Position numbers and translations under genes: made by a program. From Chlorokybus atmophyticus (taxonomy: Eukaryota; Plantae; Mesostigma and Chlorokybus algae), in assembly GCA_009103225.1 (NCBI GenBank), contig RHPI01000890.1, positions 80,544 to 144,543 of the forward strand: 64,000 bases of DNA, given 5' to 3'. Each line of letters opens with the position of its first letter. Position 1 is the first letter of the stretch. Positions 42,201 to 55,600 of this stretch are shown in pieces. Under the pieces are notes generated by a model. It saw nothing but the letters and a program-made list of their open reading frames with translations. It was not told where the DNA came from and searched no databases.

Positions 42201-43169
42201 AGCTCACGCCTGCCAGAACTTTCAACGGCAACAACAGAAGAAACAGTGTTGGAAGTCCCACTTGCACCCAGTATTTCACTGCCAGAGCCGTCATCAGTAA
42301 CAACTGAAGAACCGATAGCGTCAACCTCTACTCAGTCGTCCCCTCAAGCAGAATCCCACACCCGTCACACGCACTCACCGACGGGAGTGTCCGAGAGCTC
42401 ACCTTCAATGCAACACCAAGGCCAAACGGTAGCTGCGCCAGCAGCGGCACTCATGCCCGCAACTGCATCATCAATACCAGCAGCGCCCATACCGGCAATG
42501 CGCATGGTGCCATTGCAGGTGCCAGTTCCTGGCAGACCAGCCATGGCCATGCCAGTTCGATTGCCAATGCCGGCACTGTCACAGGCACCGGCACCGGTGT
42601 CACACACTGCGGGAAGGCTGCAGATGCCAGTGCCGGTACCAATGACCATCCCTGGAGCCTTCCCGAGGCCAGCAGGACTGCCCATGCCAGTTTCATCTGG
42701 ACAACTGGTCAGGCCAGCTGTCATTGCACCCAGGCCAGCACAGATGCCGGCACCCGTACCCGTAGTATCCGTACCAGTTTTCCGGCCAGTGCTGCTACCC
42801 GGGCAAGGTTCGCAGCCAAGACCAGTTACCCTGCTACCTGGTGCTGCTCCCAGGCCAGTTCAGCTTCTTCCTCCTGGTATGGTACCGGCACAGCACCCAC
42901 CTCGGCCTCCCCTCATGCCAGGAGTACATGTCATGCCTTCACCGGGAATGCCAGCTGCACTGCCAGCGCGACCTCCATTAGCCATGCCAGGGATGCCAAG
43001 AATGCCAATACCAGGAATGATGGTTAGACCACTGCAGCCAGCAGTGATGATGCCAGGTGCTCCCGTTCAGGTGAGGCCCATGCCAGTGCCGGGAGCTAGC
43101 GGGATGGTGAAGCAACAGCATGGGGGTATGCTGTCAGTGCCAGTAGCCGAGAAGCAAACTAACAGGTAG
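34353..43169 (+). CDS. Large multi-exon leucine-rich repeat protein (about 30-35 LRRs by eye) with acidic and Pro/Met-rich C-terminal tail; true start unresolved (upstream gap)
   Basis: About 20 in-phase exons with LxxLxLxxNxLxxLP units ([56 protein letters not shown]), internal cap motifs such as [22 protein letters not shown], and a terminal exon ending EKQTNR* at 43169. Confidence 0.85.
38022..38160. repeat. (GTGTGC)n hexamer array inside an LRR-gene intron
   Basis: Tandem gtgtgc units within a ~680-bp GT/GC-rich intron. Confidence 0.9.
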
Positions 43170-45823
43170 TATCTATTGATTGGGTAGTACTGATTGTAAC
43201 CAGCTCAGCGGTAGAACTATTGCGCGCACTTATTGTGGAGAGATATCTATGCTAGTGCTTGCCATGCACTGGCATCATCTCCTCACACTAGTGCTCTTAT
43301 CATCTCCAAGGCATGTACAGTCTCCCGCTTACTGATATGAATTTACAAAACAGCTCATTGTCATTGTCGACACCTATTATGATACCATCCACTCATGCAT
43401 ATGTGTTTTTGCACTGTTGCAAGTGCTTATGTGAAAGCAAGCATAGCTCAGCTGCTTGCATGTCTTGCAATGGATAATTATGCAAGGTGATTGCATGCAT
43501 GCGCACAACTTCCAAGTACGATAACATGGCAGTCACTCATTGAAAGCCCGCAGGCGTCCCCCCGCCCACAACTGGTTTCCACAGCACACACCAATACACC
43601 ATTATTGTGTTATCCCTAGCAATTATCGCATTTTGGATAGTAAATTTGCATAGCGCCGCCGTGGTCGGTGTCAGAGGCCATCTTTTAACCCACGCCGTCG
43701 AGGGCCTTTAAGCACGTCATGTTAAGGACCTCAATGACATGAACTCAATAATGGCCTCCAACACCGACCGCGACGGCGCAACGTGGATCTACTATCTAAC
43801 ATACTTAATTTGCCAAGAATTACATTGTACTGGGAAAAAGAGGGCAAACAAGGTCTAGTCGATCATGAGCGCGCCTGACGTGATGGCTGCATTGATAGCA
43901 CGCATTGCCTCTTAAACGCAATCAGAGTTGCCATGGTGATCGCGGGAATGCCGCACACACGATTGCGGGGCTGAGTGGTTTAACTTAGTATAAGTGGGTC
44001 ATCATCTTTGTAGTTGCGGCCTTACTCACCCCTAACGACGACCCGCTCTTCTTAGTGAATGTAAGTGTCGCACCGCTCTGTGTTGGCACAGCGCCATCGG
44101 GCCCCTCTTAACCCAACATGAGGCGTGTTGTCAATAAAAAGGGGCACTACCTTTACATGCACTAAATTGAGTGGGTCATCGTCATAGATTCACAAAGCGG
44201 ACAACCCACTTGTACAAAGTTGAACCAGTCAGCCTTGCAGTCCCGTGTTCGGCACTTCCGCAATGAGCATGGCAACCCTAACAGCGTTGCGGAGGCAATG
44301 CGCGATGTCGATGCGACCATTATGTCAGGTGCTCATGGCCAACGACGCCTCGTTCGTCCGCCTCTTTCCAACCCAATGGGGAGGCGCGTTGCCAACAAAG
44401 TGTAATGCGTCACATACATGTATTAACAGAAGCGGGTCGTTGCGAGGGGGTGTAGCCATGAGTAGTCAGTTCAGCAAGGCCGTCCAGAAGCACCTGGCAA
44501 GAATTGCAACGTTTACATACACATGCGTGTTTGAAACAACCGTAAATGTATGCGTGAAGTAACAAAAATACACAAAAGAGGGATGTTGAATGTGTTGTTG
44601 GTTGACACAACTAGTTGCATGCCTTCAATACAACGTACCACATGCGCTTTGTACTACACGCAAGCAAAAGCATGAGGTATCTCCAAAGCTGTAACTGTGC
44701 AGCAGGCAGGCTCTACTGCACCGTCTGCTCGTGGCCTCTGTTGCTGCGCAGCTAGCAGTTGGCAGCTTGTTGAGCAAGCATGGGAAGTGGGAGAATGGGA
44801 AAAGGAGTACCAGGGGGGCGGGGGGGGGGGGGAGGCGCGCGCCTGTACCTGAGCCGCCGCCGTCAGTGCTGGGGCCGGGTTGTGTCCCTGCGCCGGCGCC
44901 TCCCTATCGACAAATAGGCAACGGCCGTTGGCGGCGAGGCTCAACCAAGCTGACGCCTAAGCCTACCGGCGATGGCGGCGACAACGACACCCACGCTACG
45001 CCCATTGACCATCCTTGTAACACGCTATGCACCGCCTGCACCGCCGCACACAGTGTGCCTCACACTGTGTAAGGTACACTGGGTGACTCACACACATCAA
45101 CAGCCATCACCTTCATCAACGTAAGAGGCTGAGAGTTGTCAACAGTTGCTAGTTACTTTATGTCTTGCGTACCTGCTATATTGACTTTAGACTAGCTCAT
45201 TGACCGATGAGTTTTGTATCATGTCTGTGTTGAACACCAAGGCATGATGAAAGCAATCAAGTTGAATTGGTAGTGTTGTCTAAGAAGAAACAACGAGGCT
45301 AGCCTGCTTGTCTTGAATTGTTGACAATGCAAGGGTTGCCACCAGCAGTCCACAAACCACACATTCATGAAAGGTGCAGCAGTTGCCCCATGCTGCAACA
45401 GAGCCATGGGCTTGAATTGCCAATCTCTTTGCTGTCACTATGAACGTGGGCTATGCTGATGACGTGGTTGCTACATACAATTGCGAATGCATCGCAGGAA
45501 AAAGTAATGTACGGATGCTGAACCACAGTGGTCATCATAACCAGAAAGTCATACAAGTTCCTATGGGAGCATGTGAGGATGCAATACAACCAACTTATCA
45601 TTGTTCCACGTCGCGACATGGCTGCGCCATTGTATGCTGTACACACATAGACTGTGCACCACACTACAATACATTAATCGGCTTGTGTTGCCTCTGAACA
45701 AGCCCACACCAAGATCGACTCCTAAATGGGCTGCTGTAGGCATAGCTATACAGCAATCCTTTATTCAAAGTATAAGGGCTTGCACCTGCCCGCCCTGCAC
45801 AGGCCACTGTGTCGCCGGTTACT

Positions 45824-48036
45824 CTAGTCAAGTATCTCACCTAGAAGAAGCCCTCCAATGCCAGCCGCTAAGAGGCTGCCAGCACCAAATCCGCCTTTGC
45901 TCTTATGCTTATACTTGTGCTTGTCCTTGTGCTTGTCCCCACCGTGGGAAGACGAAGCATGCCCAGCTGGTACAACCACCGTAGGCCCTGCACGCAAAGG
46001 GGGTGTACTCAAACAATGGACCCAGCTCTTGTAAACTACTACATGTGGCTCATTGTATGTTTTCGCCCCTATTTTGTATGTTGCAAGAAGAGAAAGGGCG
46101 GGGGACATGCAATGTGGCCATCATGCACTCACCATAGCCTCCGGCAGGGTACCCTGCAGGTGGAGGATAACCCGCGGGTGTGCCATACCCTGGTTGTCCA
46201 TAAGCAGGAGCTCCGTAGCCTGATCAACATGCGAAGGGGAGATGTAAGCATGCATACGACAATGAGGCGACCACTGTAGACAATGAAAGCTATTTTTACC
46301 TGCAGGCGCATAACCAGGTGCAGGCGGGTACCCTTGGGGATAGCTATAGCCGGGAGCCCCATAGGCCTGCGGGGAAGGGGCACCGTATCCCTGGGAAGGT
46401 GCGCCATAGCCCGGAGGTGGTGCACCATACCCTGGAGCCGGAGGGTACCCCTGCACAGGATATCCTCCTTGTGCCGTTCCGTGGCTGGCCTTATCAGCCT
46501 TAACTTTGCCATCTTGGGCGGGTGCCTGAGGAGGATACGCGGGGTTCGGGGGATAGCTGCCAGCACCTGGCGGAGGCTGAGCATAAGTCCCGGGGCCGGG
46601 CATGGAAGGATATCCCTGTTGTTGTTGCTGTCCTGCTGCAGGTGCACCATATTGAGGTCCTTGAGGAGGGTACGGAGCAGGGTAGCCATAACCACCCTGA
46701 GGCTGTGGCGGGTAGGGTGAAGCAGCAGCAGCTGCTGCTGGCATACCCGATGATCCAGCGGAGTCTTTTGATGGCTTTACAGCGCCTGTGGGCAAGGAGG
46801 CTGGCTGTGGAGGGTAAAGCGGCGCCGGTGCACCTGGACCCTGCTGTGGAGGATACGGCGACGCAGCAGCACCAGCGGCCGCAGGTGGAGCAGGTGGAAA
46901 GCCTGCGGGGGCTTGTGGGTTTGGAGGGAGGGGAGGGTAGCCTGGGTAAGCCTGCTGAGGCGGTTGTGTGTAGCCCTGCGCTGGAAAGCCCTGAGGGGTT
47001 GTGTTGTTGGTTGGGTACGGTGTTGACTGACCCGCAGGTGCTGGTATTCCACTGGTCTGTTGCAACACAACAGCATGCAAGCGTTAGCAAACGGCAGCAA
47101 AGGTTGAGCAGATGCACTTAAATTACTAGCAACTGCGAGCAAAAAAACAGTCTGCTGTGTACCTGAGCTCTGAATTGCATTGTGACGCTCAGCTCGCCAG
47201 CACCCTTGTTCTTGCGATACACAGGCACTTGTAAGGTGTCTTGGCCGGCTGCAAAGGTTCTGGACAATGGTATGCTGCGAACACAAGCATGTATGAGATT
47301 CGTGCACGCCAAGACCCAGGACAAAATTTGTGCATTATTTTACAGAAGCCATCTGGGGTGATTGGTTGATGCTGTCAAAGTTCCTAGGGACATGCTATGC
47401 ACTGCAAGTACCAAAGCATGCTGATTTCACTCACAGACCTGCTTGTGCCGAGGCTATCGTCCGCAAGCACATTGGCATTGAATATCTCCACATACACTTC
47501 GTGGAATCCTTCCAACACTTTAAAGCTGAACTTCTCATTCCAAACAGGCCTCGTTCCCATATCTACCCAAGGAGGTAAAGAACAGTCATCAGAGGCCAGC
47601 TCCACACAAAAGAAACGAAAGACTCTGACACTCACAACACACTGCACAACTTACCTGTTGCCGTGCGTGTGCGAAATGTAGTCCTGTCCAGGCGCAGAAT
47701 TGCATACGGGTCCATGCGACCTGCAATCGGCATGGTATTGGTAGGGGGCACTGTGCTTGCTAGGTAGGAGGTACTGTACCACACAGCAATGTGAACATTA
47801 CTCGCAAACGCAACGCTGCCTTGCACTTACCGAAGGTTTCCGTGTTCTTCAGCCCATTGGCTGACAGAACTGCGTAACAACAGGAAACAGGCACAGCAGA
47901 GCGGACCGTCAGCGAGCTCGTATGACATGGCATGGCAGCCAAACGACGCTTACGACTATAGCTTAGCACTGGGATAGGAAGAGGGTAGAAGAAGATTTGC
48001 AGTCGTACCTGTCACATCAAGTGTACCGGTCGGCAT
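45824..48036 (-). CDS. SRC2-like protein: N-terminal C2 domain, long Pro/Gly/Tyr/Gln-rich region, C-terminal His/Lys-rich segment and glycine-rich hydrophobic tail
   Basis: In-phase exons MPTGTLDVT|VLSANGLKNTETF|GRMDPYAILRL..FRTRTAT|DMGTRPVWNEKFSF....VEIFNANVLADDSLGTS|..GELSVTMQF, then GYPP/YPPQ repeats and GPTVVVPAGH...KHKYKHKSKGGFGAGSLLAAGIGGLLLGEILD*. Confidence 0.85.
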
Positions 48037-50497
48037 TTTGCCAAAATCCGCACGCGCGGCAAGCTACCACACGAGGTTTAGGCTCAAAGCTCAACCTGCA
48101 TGCACACAAATAGGTGACCAAGCAGTCAGATGTAACAAGCAAGCTTGCAGTTGTCGCAGCAGAAAGACAAACCGCAGCGGCTGTGCGGCAGTTAAAGCAG
48201 CGACACAAGAATTTCAGTCCAAGCCGAGGCTGCCAACCATAACTAAGTTGTTTGTGCATTCAGCCTACAATGCTGCAAGCCCCGGCCTGAAACCCAAACC
48301 CTAGCCTTGCAAAGCACTGAAGCAGGCATTCACCAGCTATGCTACACAGCTCCAGCTGACACACCCACAGCCGTGCCACTGCCGACGTCAAACAACAGCA
48401 GCAGAACCAACGCACCTCGCGTCCAGCACATGACGCTCCGCAACAGCGCCCTCGCCTCCGCCTTTCCAGCCAAGCCCCCGCCGGGAGCGCCGCCGCCGCC
48501 GAGGGTCAAGTCGCCACGTGGCAGCCTATGTCACGCGCGAAACGTTCATGCAATTCTTCTCTGTACTCGTGCGTGTGAACCGTTCTGTACGAAAGCGTTC
48601 TTCGAAGCATTCTTGCCCATCGGACGGCCGGCTTCGCCTCGACGATGCGCCCATTGCTGTCAATCCACGGCGTTCCGTATTCGTTAGAAGATTCCTCGGA
48701 GGCCAGTGCTGCGCTACACAGGAAAGGCTTGCTCAGAAATTCTCGTAAATTATGAGTCATAATACAGTCTACCCTTGACATAAGAGCCACGTTCGAAAGC
48801 GCCTAATGCTCTTATACCAAGGGGCTCTTTCCCTTAAGATTTAAAAGCATCCATCCCGTTTTGCCCTTACATAGAGGGTCAAGCCAACATGGCCAACTGT
48901 CGGCAGATTGTCTTAGCAAATGTTTTAAGCCGACTGTCAGTGCCCTTGTCGCAAGATTGGTAGTTGCAGCATGTGCTCTTAACAGAAGAAAATCTGTTAA
49001 CCAGAGGAAAATCTGCCCCATGCACGTCCAGTTGATGAGAGTTACTCTCGTTGCAGGGAATAGATACACTCGAGGGCCCTTATAGCGAGGGCAGTTTCCA
49101 ATACACTCATGGTTAACGGCGTTAACTTCACGCTCACTGCTTTGTGCGAACTGCGACATAGTGACGCGTAGCTACCAACGACCATTGAACTTGGACACTA
49201 CCAGTGCCGTTAGATGGCTGCATACATGCCTAACGGCGCCATGCCGCCAAGAAGTTAAAGGCAGTTCTCAAGCGGGTACAATGAGCCTCTCACTCACGCC
49301 AAAAGTTGCCTTGACTAACCAGAAAACGTCAAAGGCGACACGCAGTCTGCCACACCCATGTTGTCCGCTGTGCGCAAATGCTTTGGACGGGCACGATTGT
49401 CTACTAGCATCCGCGCCAACGGCCTGGGATATCTCATACAACACATACGACCAAGACGCGACTGGCCTGTATGCTACTATGAGCTTGGAGCAGCCGTCAA
49501 AAATGCATGGGCACAAACGATTGCATAGGGCCAGGAAAACGGTCCCAGGGATTGTTTGCTGATTAGCTGACGCCGGACAGGTTTTCTAGTTTCACTGCGC
49601 TGCGTTCAGTGATCATGCAGTTGCCTTTGTTTTGTTGCTGTTTTTTGCGGCTCTGAGTTGCTTGACGATGACCTGGTCCAAAGACCATACCAATACATAC
49701 ATGGCCCATAAAGTTGCCTTTTGTTCACTTCGTGGAATAATGGCGGCGGAGGCTTGGAGAAGCGGCGGCGCAGCGCTAAAACACTGTTCGTGTGCTAAGG
49801 GATGGTCGTGCAGTTGTCAAAGAGTCTTTATAGCACAGGCGTTCCAGTGCCTTCCCATCAAGTATATAATCGCATTGCCGCTTCGCTCAACAACTTTCGC
49901 AACAACAACAACTTACGATTCTTTCCATACTCTTCCACAATCACAACATAGTAAAACAAATCAGATCTGGGAGTGCATGTTGTTGCTCGGCAGTCAAGAT
50001 TTGGAGCTGGCTGTGGTAATCTATCTATTCGTCACACACCCATCAACCGCTTCTTTGAGCCCCGACCTGGTCACTCAGCTGCCCGCTTCCTCCATTGGCT
50101 TGTGGAGAGTCTGAGACCACTGGAGACTCGCTCTTGGAGTGATGCATGGGGATTGTTTTCTTGCATACACGCACTCACAATTATATATGGCCAGTACTCG
50201 CATGGCTCAAGCCATTGCATTAGGCCCGCAGGGGCTCTTATCACTTCCTTGTAATCTGTCTGCGTATGTACAACATAGCTATGCTCATTGTGGAACAGAA
50301 TGTCTATTCTTAGCATGTTATCAACCCATACCACGCACTGTACACCAAGTCTCACTGTTCAGCAAAGACAGCGCATACCGCTACCACGCAGCGAACACTG
50401 TACAAATTGCTGCTAAGCTCACAATACTTTATGATGTGAACTTAACATTTGTACACGAGTATGTCCTATATGATACATATGCGACAAATCTACATAT

Positions 50498-52402
50498 TCA
50501 CAAACAGTCCTCATCAAAGTATTTGTCCTCTGCATCGCGATCCGCATCTTTGAGCCAGTCGTCATCGAGCGTGGCATCATCGTCTATGTGCCTGTAGTTG
50601 AGGAACTCCATGTCGTCCCCAGCCAGGAACTTCTGCTTCATCAAACTGGTAAAGTCTTCTGCCTGCGTACACATAAACAACAGTATTTGCGAAAAACAGC
50701 ACGATGGTGGAACGCGCAACATGCGCAACATCTTAAACAATGCACACATCACGCATGGTATATGTGATACCATGGAGAGACGCTCCTCAGCTGATACGGT
50801 TGGCAATGTACTGTCCGTTGCAGGCTGATCCTGCATAGATTCCTCTTAACTTGACAAGAGTACACGCAAACCATTTGTAACAACAGTATTATTGGTTTGC
50901 CTCACTGAGCCGTACCGTTGCTGTGCTTGCCTCTTGGTGTGAGGGGCTCGCTTCAGCCTCCTCATCAGAGTCAGACTCGAACTCCTGCCATGCCATTCAA
51001 AATGCATTCACAATGAGCACCGTTACAAAGCACAGTATAACCGTGCTGCAAGCGTCAACCTCTCACCTCTGTGGCTTGATCCATCCTTTGTTGTTCCTCA
51101 CGCATGCGAGCATTGATCTGCGCTTCATGCTGTTGCCTAAGGATGAAATCTGACAGCCTGCCACCAATGGCACGCGTTGCCACACGCTGTCGCTCCTGCT
51201 TGTTGATATGTGGTCTCACAAAGTGGCCTTATAGTGATAGAGCATGCAGCATAGCAGTACATTGCACAAGCTTGTACCGCTGGCGTCTGGTATTGACCGA
51301 TGTATTGCTCGTACAGCGCCGGCCTTCGCTCCCGCATGGCCTCCTCAGCAAAATACGTCCCACTTGCTTCCAACCGACGCAGATACGCTGGCCAATCCCA
51401 GTACGCAATCCATAAAGTCAACTGCTGGCGCTACAACGCAGCAAGGCCAGGCTACCACTTTGCATGCATGTACATGGAGTGCAGTCAGCACACACGCACG
51501 CACACAGCCTGCATTGCGTGCACTACAGCTGGCATAGTGTAGGTGCACAGCGCTATAAGTACATTTCGCATGACAGAAATATGACTACACACATACACCT
51601 ACATACCTAGGCGGCGGTTTTTTACTTCAGTCCGGCGAGCCCTCGAGTCAGCAGGCGCTAAGTGGCGCAAGTGCCACGACACTTCATAGTTGTCTTCCAG
51701 CTCAGTAAAAGCGCGCAGCTCTTGCGGTAGCAGCAGTCTCCCGTACCGCTCTGAACACTCAAGTGAACTACTATGATCAAGAAACAGTGACTGCAAAACG
51801 ATGTGTCTGGCTTGAGTCGACAACTTTTGGCATTCGCGCAAGTACGTTCAGCAGTTCAGTTCAAGCTGGTCACGCCATAAACGATAAAGCTCAGGTGGGT
51901 TGATGCAACTTCTTTGTATGGTTTGCATGGAAGTACTGGAACTGAGCGCACACACGTGTATGATGTAGAATGCACTTGGGCATTGCATGCAGTTGTGGTG
52001 ACATCCCACCTGCATGCGGCTGGTGAGCTTAAGCAACACCGCGTCCAGTTTGCAATACTACCATACATGCTTCATCGTATACATCTGCTCTTGCAACACC
52101 GTTGCAGTGAGCGCAAAGAGCCTGAGATAAATCGTGCGCTAGCTCTCACCTAAGAAGACAGCTGGGTCCCTGCCAACCAGCTCCACCAGGTACTTCTCCT
52201 TGCCGGCGGCGGCGGTGGCGTCGTCCGCCGTCCGCTCCGCCTCCTCCTGGTCAAAATGCAGGCCTCCTTTGCCCGGGCCGCTCCACACAGCCACCTCCTC
52301 AGTCATGGCCAGCCGCTTGGCAATGTCCTTGGCGACCTCCGGGCTCAGCTGCTTTGAGGTCGAACCCTGCGCAGGCGACCCCATAGGTAGCTCCAGCCCC
52401 AT
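50498..52402 (-). CDS. CCDC97: CCDC97 / DUF2052 coiled-coil domain protein
   Basis: In-phase exons: GRDPAVFL|ERYGRLL...YEVSWHL...VKNRRL|AYLRRLEASGTYFAEEAMRERRPALYEQYIG ... F.SLMKQKFLAGDD.EF.NY..IDDDATLDDD...DRDAEDKYFDED. Confidence 0.88.
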
Positions 52403-52699
52403 GACGACAACGACCTAGACGACAAGGACAACAATCACGAGGATGACGATGATGGCAACGTCCAGCACGCGGCTGCAGCCGCCGCCGCTGCGACAACCAA
52501 AGCAGCAACTCCGTGACTTGATGTGTTGCGTTTTTACCCAAACGCCTTGACAACTGATCTTGCTTGCTTGGTTGCATGGCAAATTGGTTTCATGTACATG
52601 CTGGCCGCGGCGGCGGCGGTGACAGATGGTCAGGGCCACAACGCTGTGCTCGTCGGCAGTCCCGTCGTTGTAGTCGTTGTCATCGGCTCCGGAGGCTGT

Positions 52700-54400
52700 A
52701 TGGCGAGGGTTGTGGACAACCGCGACGAGGTAAATGAATAGGCCTTGAAGCGTCAGGTAACAGGGGGCAGCGAGTGCCCAGCAACAGCATCCAACGAACG
52801 CAATGCTAAAACTACTGCTCGCCTGCTTGTTGATCGCTGGTTGCAAGCAAGGTGCAAAGCACAATAAGAGCTCAGTCCCTTGCACTTTGCGTGCACAGCA
52901 CAACAGTTAATGAACACTAATACCCACTAGATACTGTAGCAATCAAAGCCGAAGCATTTATGGCATCAATACTTTATACATGGAGCCAATGCTTTGTCAA
53001 AGGCTTCAGCATGCTGTTATGTGTACCACAACGTGAAGCTTGTTTGTGTGTCCCGTTGTTTTGGAGTACGATAGTTGGTTGCCTGTCTGCTTTTTGTCAT
53101 GAGGTCTATTCGGCTTGTTGTCTGCTGGTACATACACGTGTTGTAGCGAGCTGCGGCTGCGGCTGCGGCGCGCCAGCGCCAGTGAGTGTGTCACTTTGCA
53201 ATTGTGTCCACATATGCGCGCGCCTGCGCGTGTTTGCATGCGTATCCACGTTTGTGTGTACGATGCGTGAGTATGCATGTACAGGCGCACATACCAGTGC
53301 ACAATGCGTGCCCCTGCACATGTGCATGTTTACACATATGCGTGTTCGTGTTTGTGTATGCGCATGCGCATGCGCATGCGTGTATGAGCGAGTATCTTAA
53401 AGCACGTGTGCTTGGTTGCTTCGTGCACATGCATTTGAGCAAAGCGACACATGCGTGCGTGCGCTTACAACGTACTTATGGGATATGCATGGCATGAACT
53501 GCATGACTGCAGCTGTCATCAACTAACTTTCGCACCTGTTCATGCTTCACATGTCAAGCTGTTCTTCGCTGACGGACACTTGCTGCAGAGCTTCTTAACC
53601 AGCATGCAAAGTTTTCAAAAAGCAATAGCAACAGTTACAATGACAATAACAGCAACAGCAGCAGCAGCGCCGTCACACAGCGATGGCGGATGCGCCCAGT
53701 GCAGGGATCAGCCTCAGGCTCTTGAGTAGTGCCATGAGGCATGACTTGTGCTGTTTTGCTTCTACTTACTACTTTCGCATGGCTGTGCACCGTGGTTAGT
53801 CCATTACTGCTGAAGGGGCTGATGGGGCTGGCGCTGAAGCGTGCTGCCAAGGCAGAGGAGGCCGGCAAGCCCAACACAGCATTGGAGCTCTATGAGCAAG
53901 TGCCGAACCTGTTCCATTGCCAGCTTCCAGGTGACTCTCCAAGTAAGTACTGTCACGCTTCAAGGTGTGTGTGGGTGCATGTGTCCGTCGTTGTTGTGTC
54001 CTGTGCGCGTGTGTTCTGCTGCATGGTGCAGTCGTTGCTGCTGTCGTTGGTACAGTGTGCACAATTGTATATAAGGGGTATGGTACGGTGTGTTCCGTCT
54101 TGGTTATTCGTTGCTTCAGTGCCAACTTTACAGGGAGTAAAGACAGGCAGCAGGCAGAAGTGGCGATGCAAGTGGTTCGCCATGCGCCTAGCAGGCGCGA
54201 CATACTCGTATACGAGGAGTAAGAAGGCGCAAGTTTTGCGGCAGTCATTACAACAATAGTAGAATGCATTTGACGCTTGGAAAGGCGCGGGGCTTTGCTA
54301 GCACCGCACCCTGTGAAGCTTGTTGTGAGCGGAGGCAACCAGTTTGATCTCAGCAGCCCCATCTGTGGGTATTCGGTGCAGAGGTCCGCTTCACATCATT
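52700..54400 (+). pseudogene. Pseudogenised tandem duplicate of the MIT-like gene at 55601-57572
   Basis: Exon 1 homologue has TAG at 52739-52741. Exon 2 is unrecognisable, the exon 3 and 4 acceptors are lost, exon 5 reads GLMGLALKRAAKAEEAGKPNTALELYEQ, and exon 6 has a premature stop. Introns are also homologous. Confidence 0.85.
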
Positions 54401-55600
54401 TGTACAGCTTGTTGTTGTTGGACTGCCACCCACATGCAAGCGCGCGGTTGCAGCAGTTGCTAGGCTTGCTACTTTTGCTGAGTTTGTGCGCATGTCTTGC
54501 AGCGTTTAACCTACGATCTTTGTGTTGTGCACAATTGTTGGTCGCCTTGTGTATGCAGTGGTATGTCTCTTGCATACAATGATGCGCAGCTGGCATCTAT
54601 GCCTGCACCCATCAGGCATGATAAGTGAAAGAAATAAGCTATAATATTGCATGCTCACTATGCCTATCATGTATGACACGCATGTGAGTCCATTAGCGGC
54701 CATGGACATGCCAAACACGCCACATCAGAACTTTCAAAACCTAGCAGGCCGAACCATATCAGACCATGTAACTTGTTGGTTGAATGGCCACTAAAGACAA
54801 TCACAATTGACAACACGCATGGCCACAGAGTGCTTACCTTGAGGTTCTCGCAAGAAGTTGAACAACTTCACGCACAGCTATCCTTACCTCTTAACATTAC
54901 TATCATGAGGTAAGGAGCACATCAGCGTTTCTCCCATTGTGCGACTGGAGCTATATTGTATTGCTATGTCCCAAGGTCTTGTCAAGCACACCTGCACCAC
55001 GAGTGCACGCAGAGCAGTGGAAAATTGCTCTACAAAACGCATCTAGCAAACATGTGTCATGTTGTCAGCGTGCAGTCCATAGCATGCAAATGCACTAATT
55101 TCGCTAGGCAACCCCGGCCTTGGCTGCTTGTTAGCTGTTAACTCTAGCCTCTTTCAACTGGCCTACCTTGCCAGTCGCTGTCGCGTTTGATGGCGAATGA
55201 GGCCTTTCAGTTCTTCAATTGAAGCTATAAAACTTTTCCTCCAGCTTTGCCCTTTTTTTCTGCCAGCTTGTCCATGCTTTTCGCTAAGTTGCGCATGCCG
55301 TTGCGCACACTGAATGCCTGATGATGGACTTTGGTCAGATAGACTGCAACAACACGACCTATGCAAGCACTTACCATGCACACGGAGGTCAAGCCCGCCG
55401 AATATACGCCTACAACAACTCTGTTGATTGATGTGTTGCGTTTGGTCCAAACCAAAGCTTTGACAACTTGTTTGCCTGCGTGGCAATCTGCTGCTTGCTT
55501 GCGGCGGCGACGGTGGTGGCGACAGCTGGCGAAGGCTTTACCTGTCTAGCTCGTCTGCAGCCTTGTCGTTGTCGTTGTTGTCATCGTCGGCGTTGTCGGT

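Noticed and set aside
43560-44410. Small ORFs and weak internal repeats (aagtgggtcatc/gagtgggtcatc) downstream of the LRR gene
   Set aside because: No recognisable domain, termini or splice structure.
48300-50260. ORFs of 90-160 aa between the SRC2-like gene and CCDC97
   Set aside because: No motifs or consistent splicing. Probably UTR, promoter or degraded repeat.
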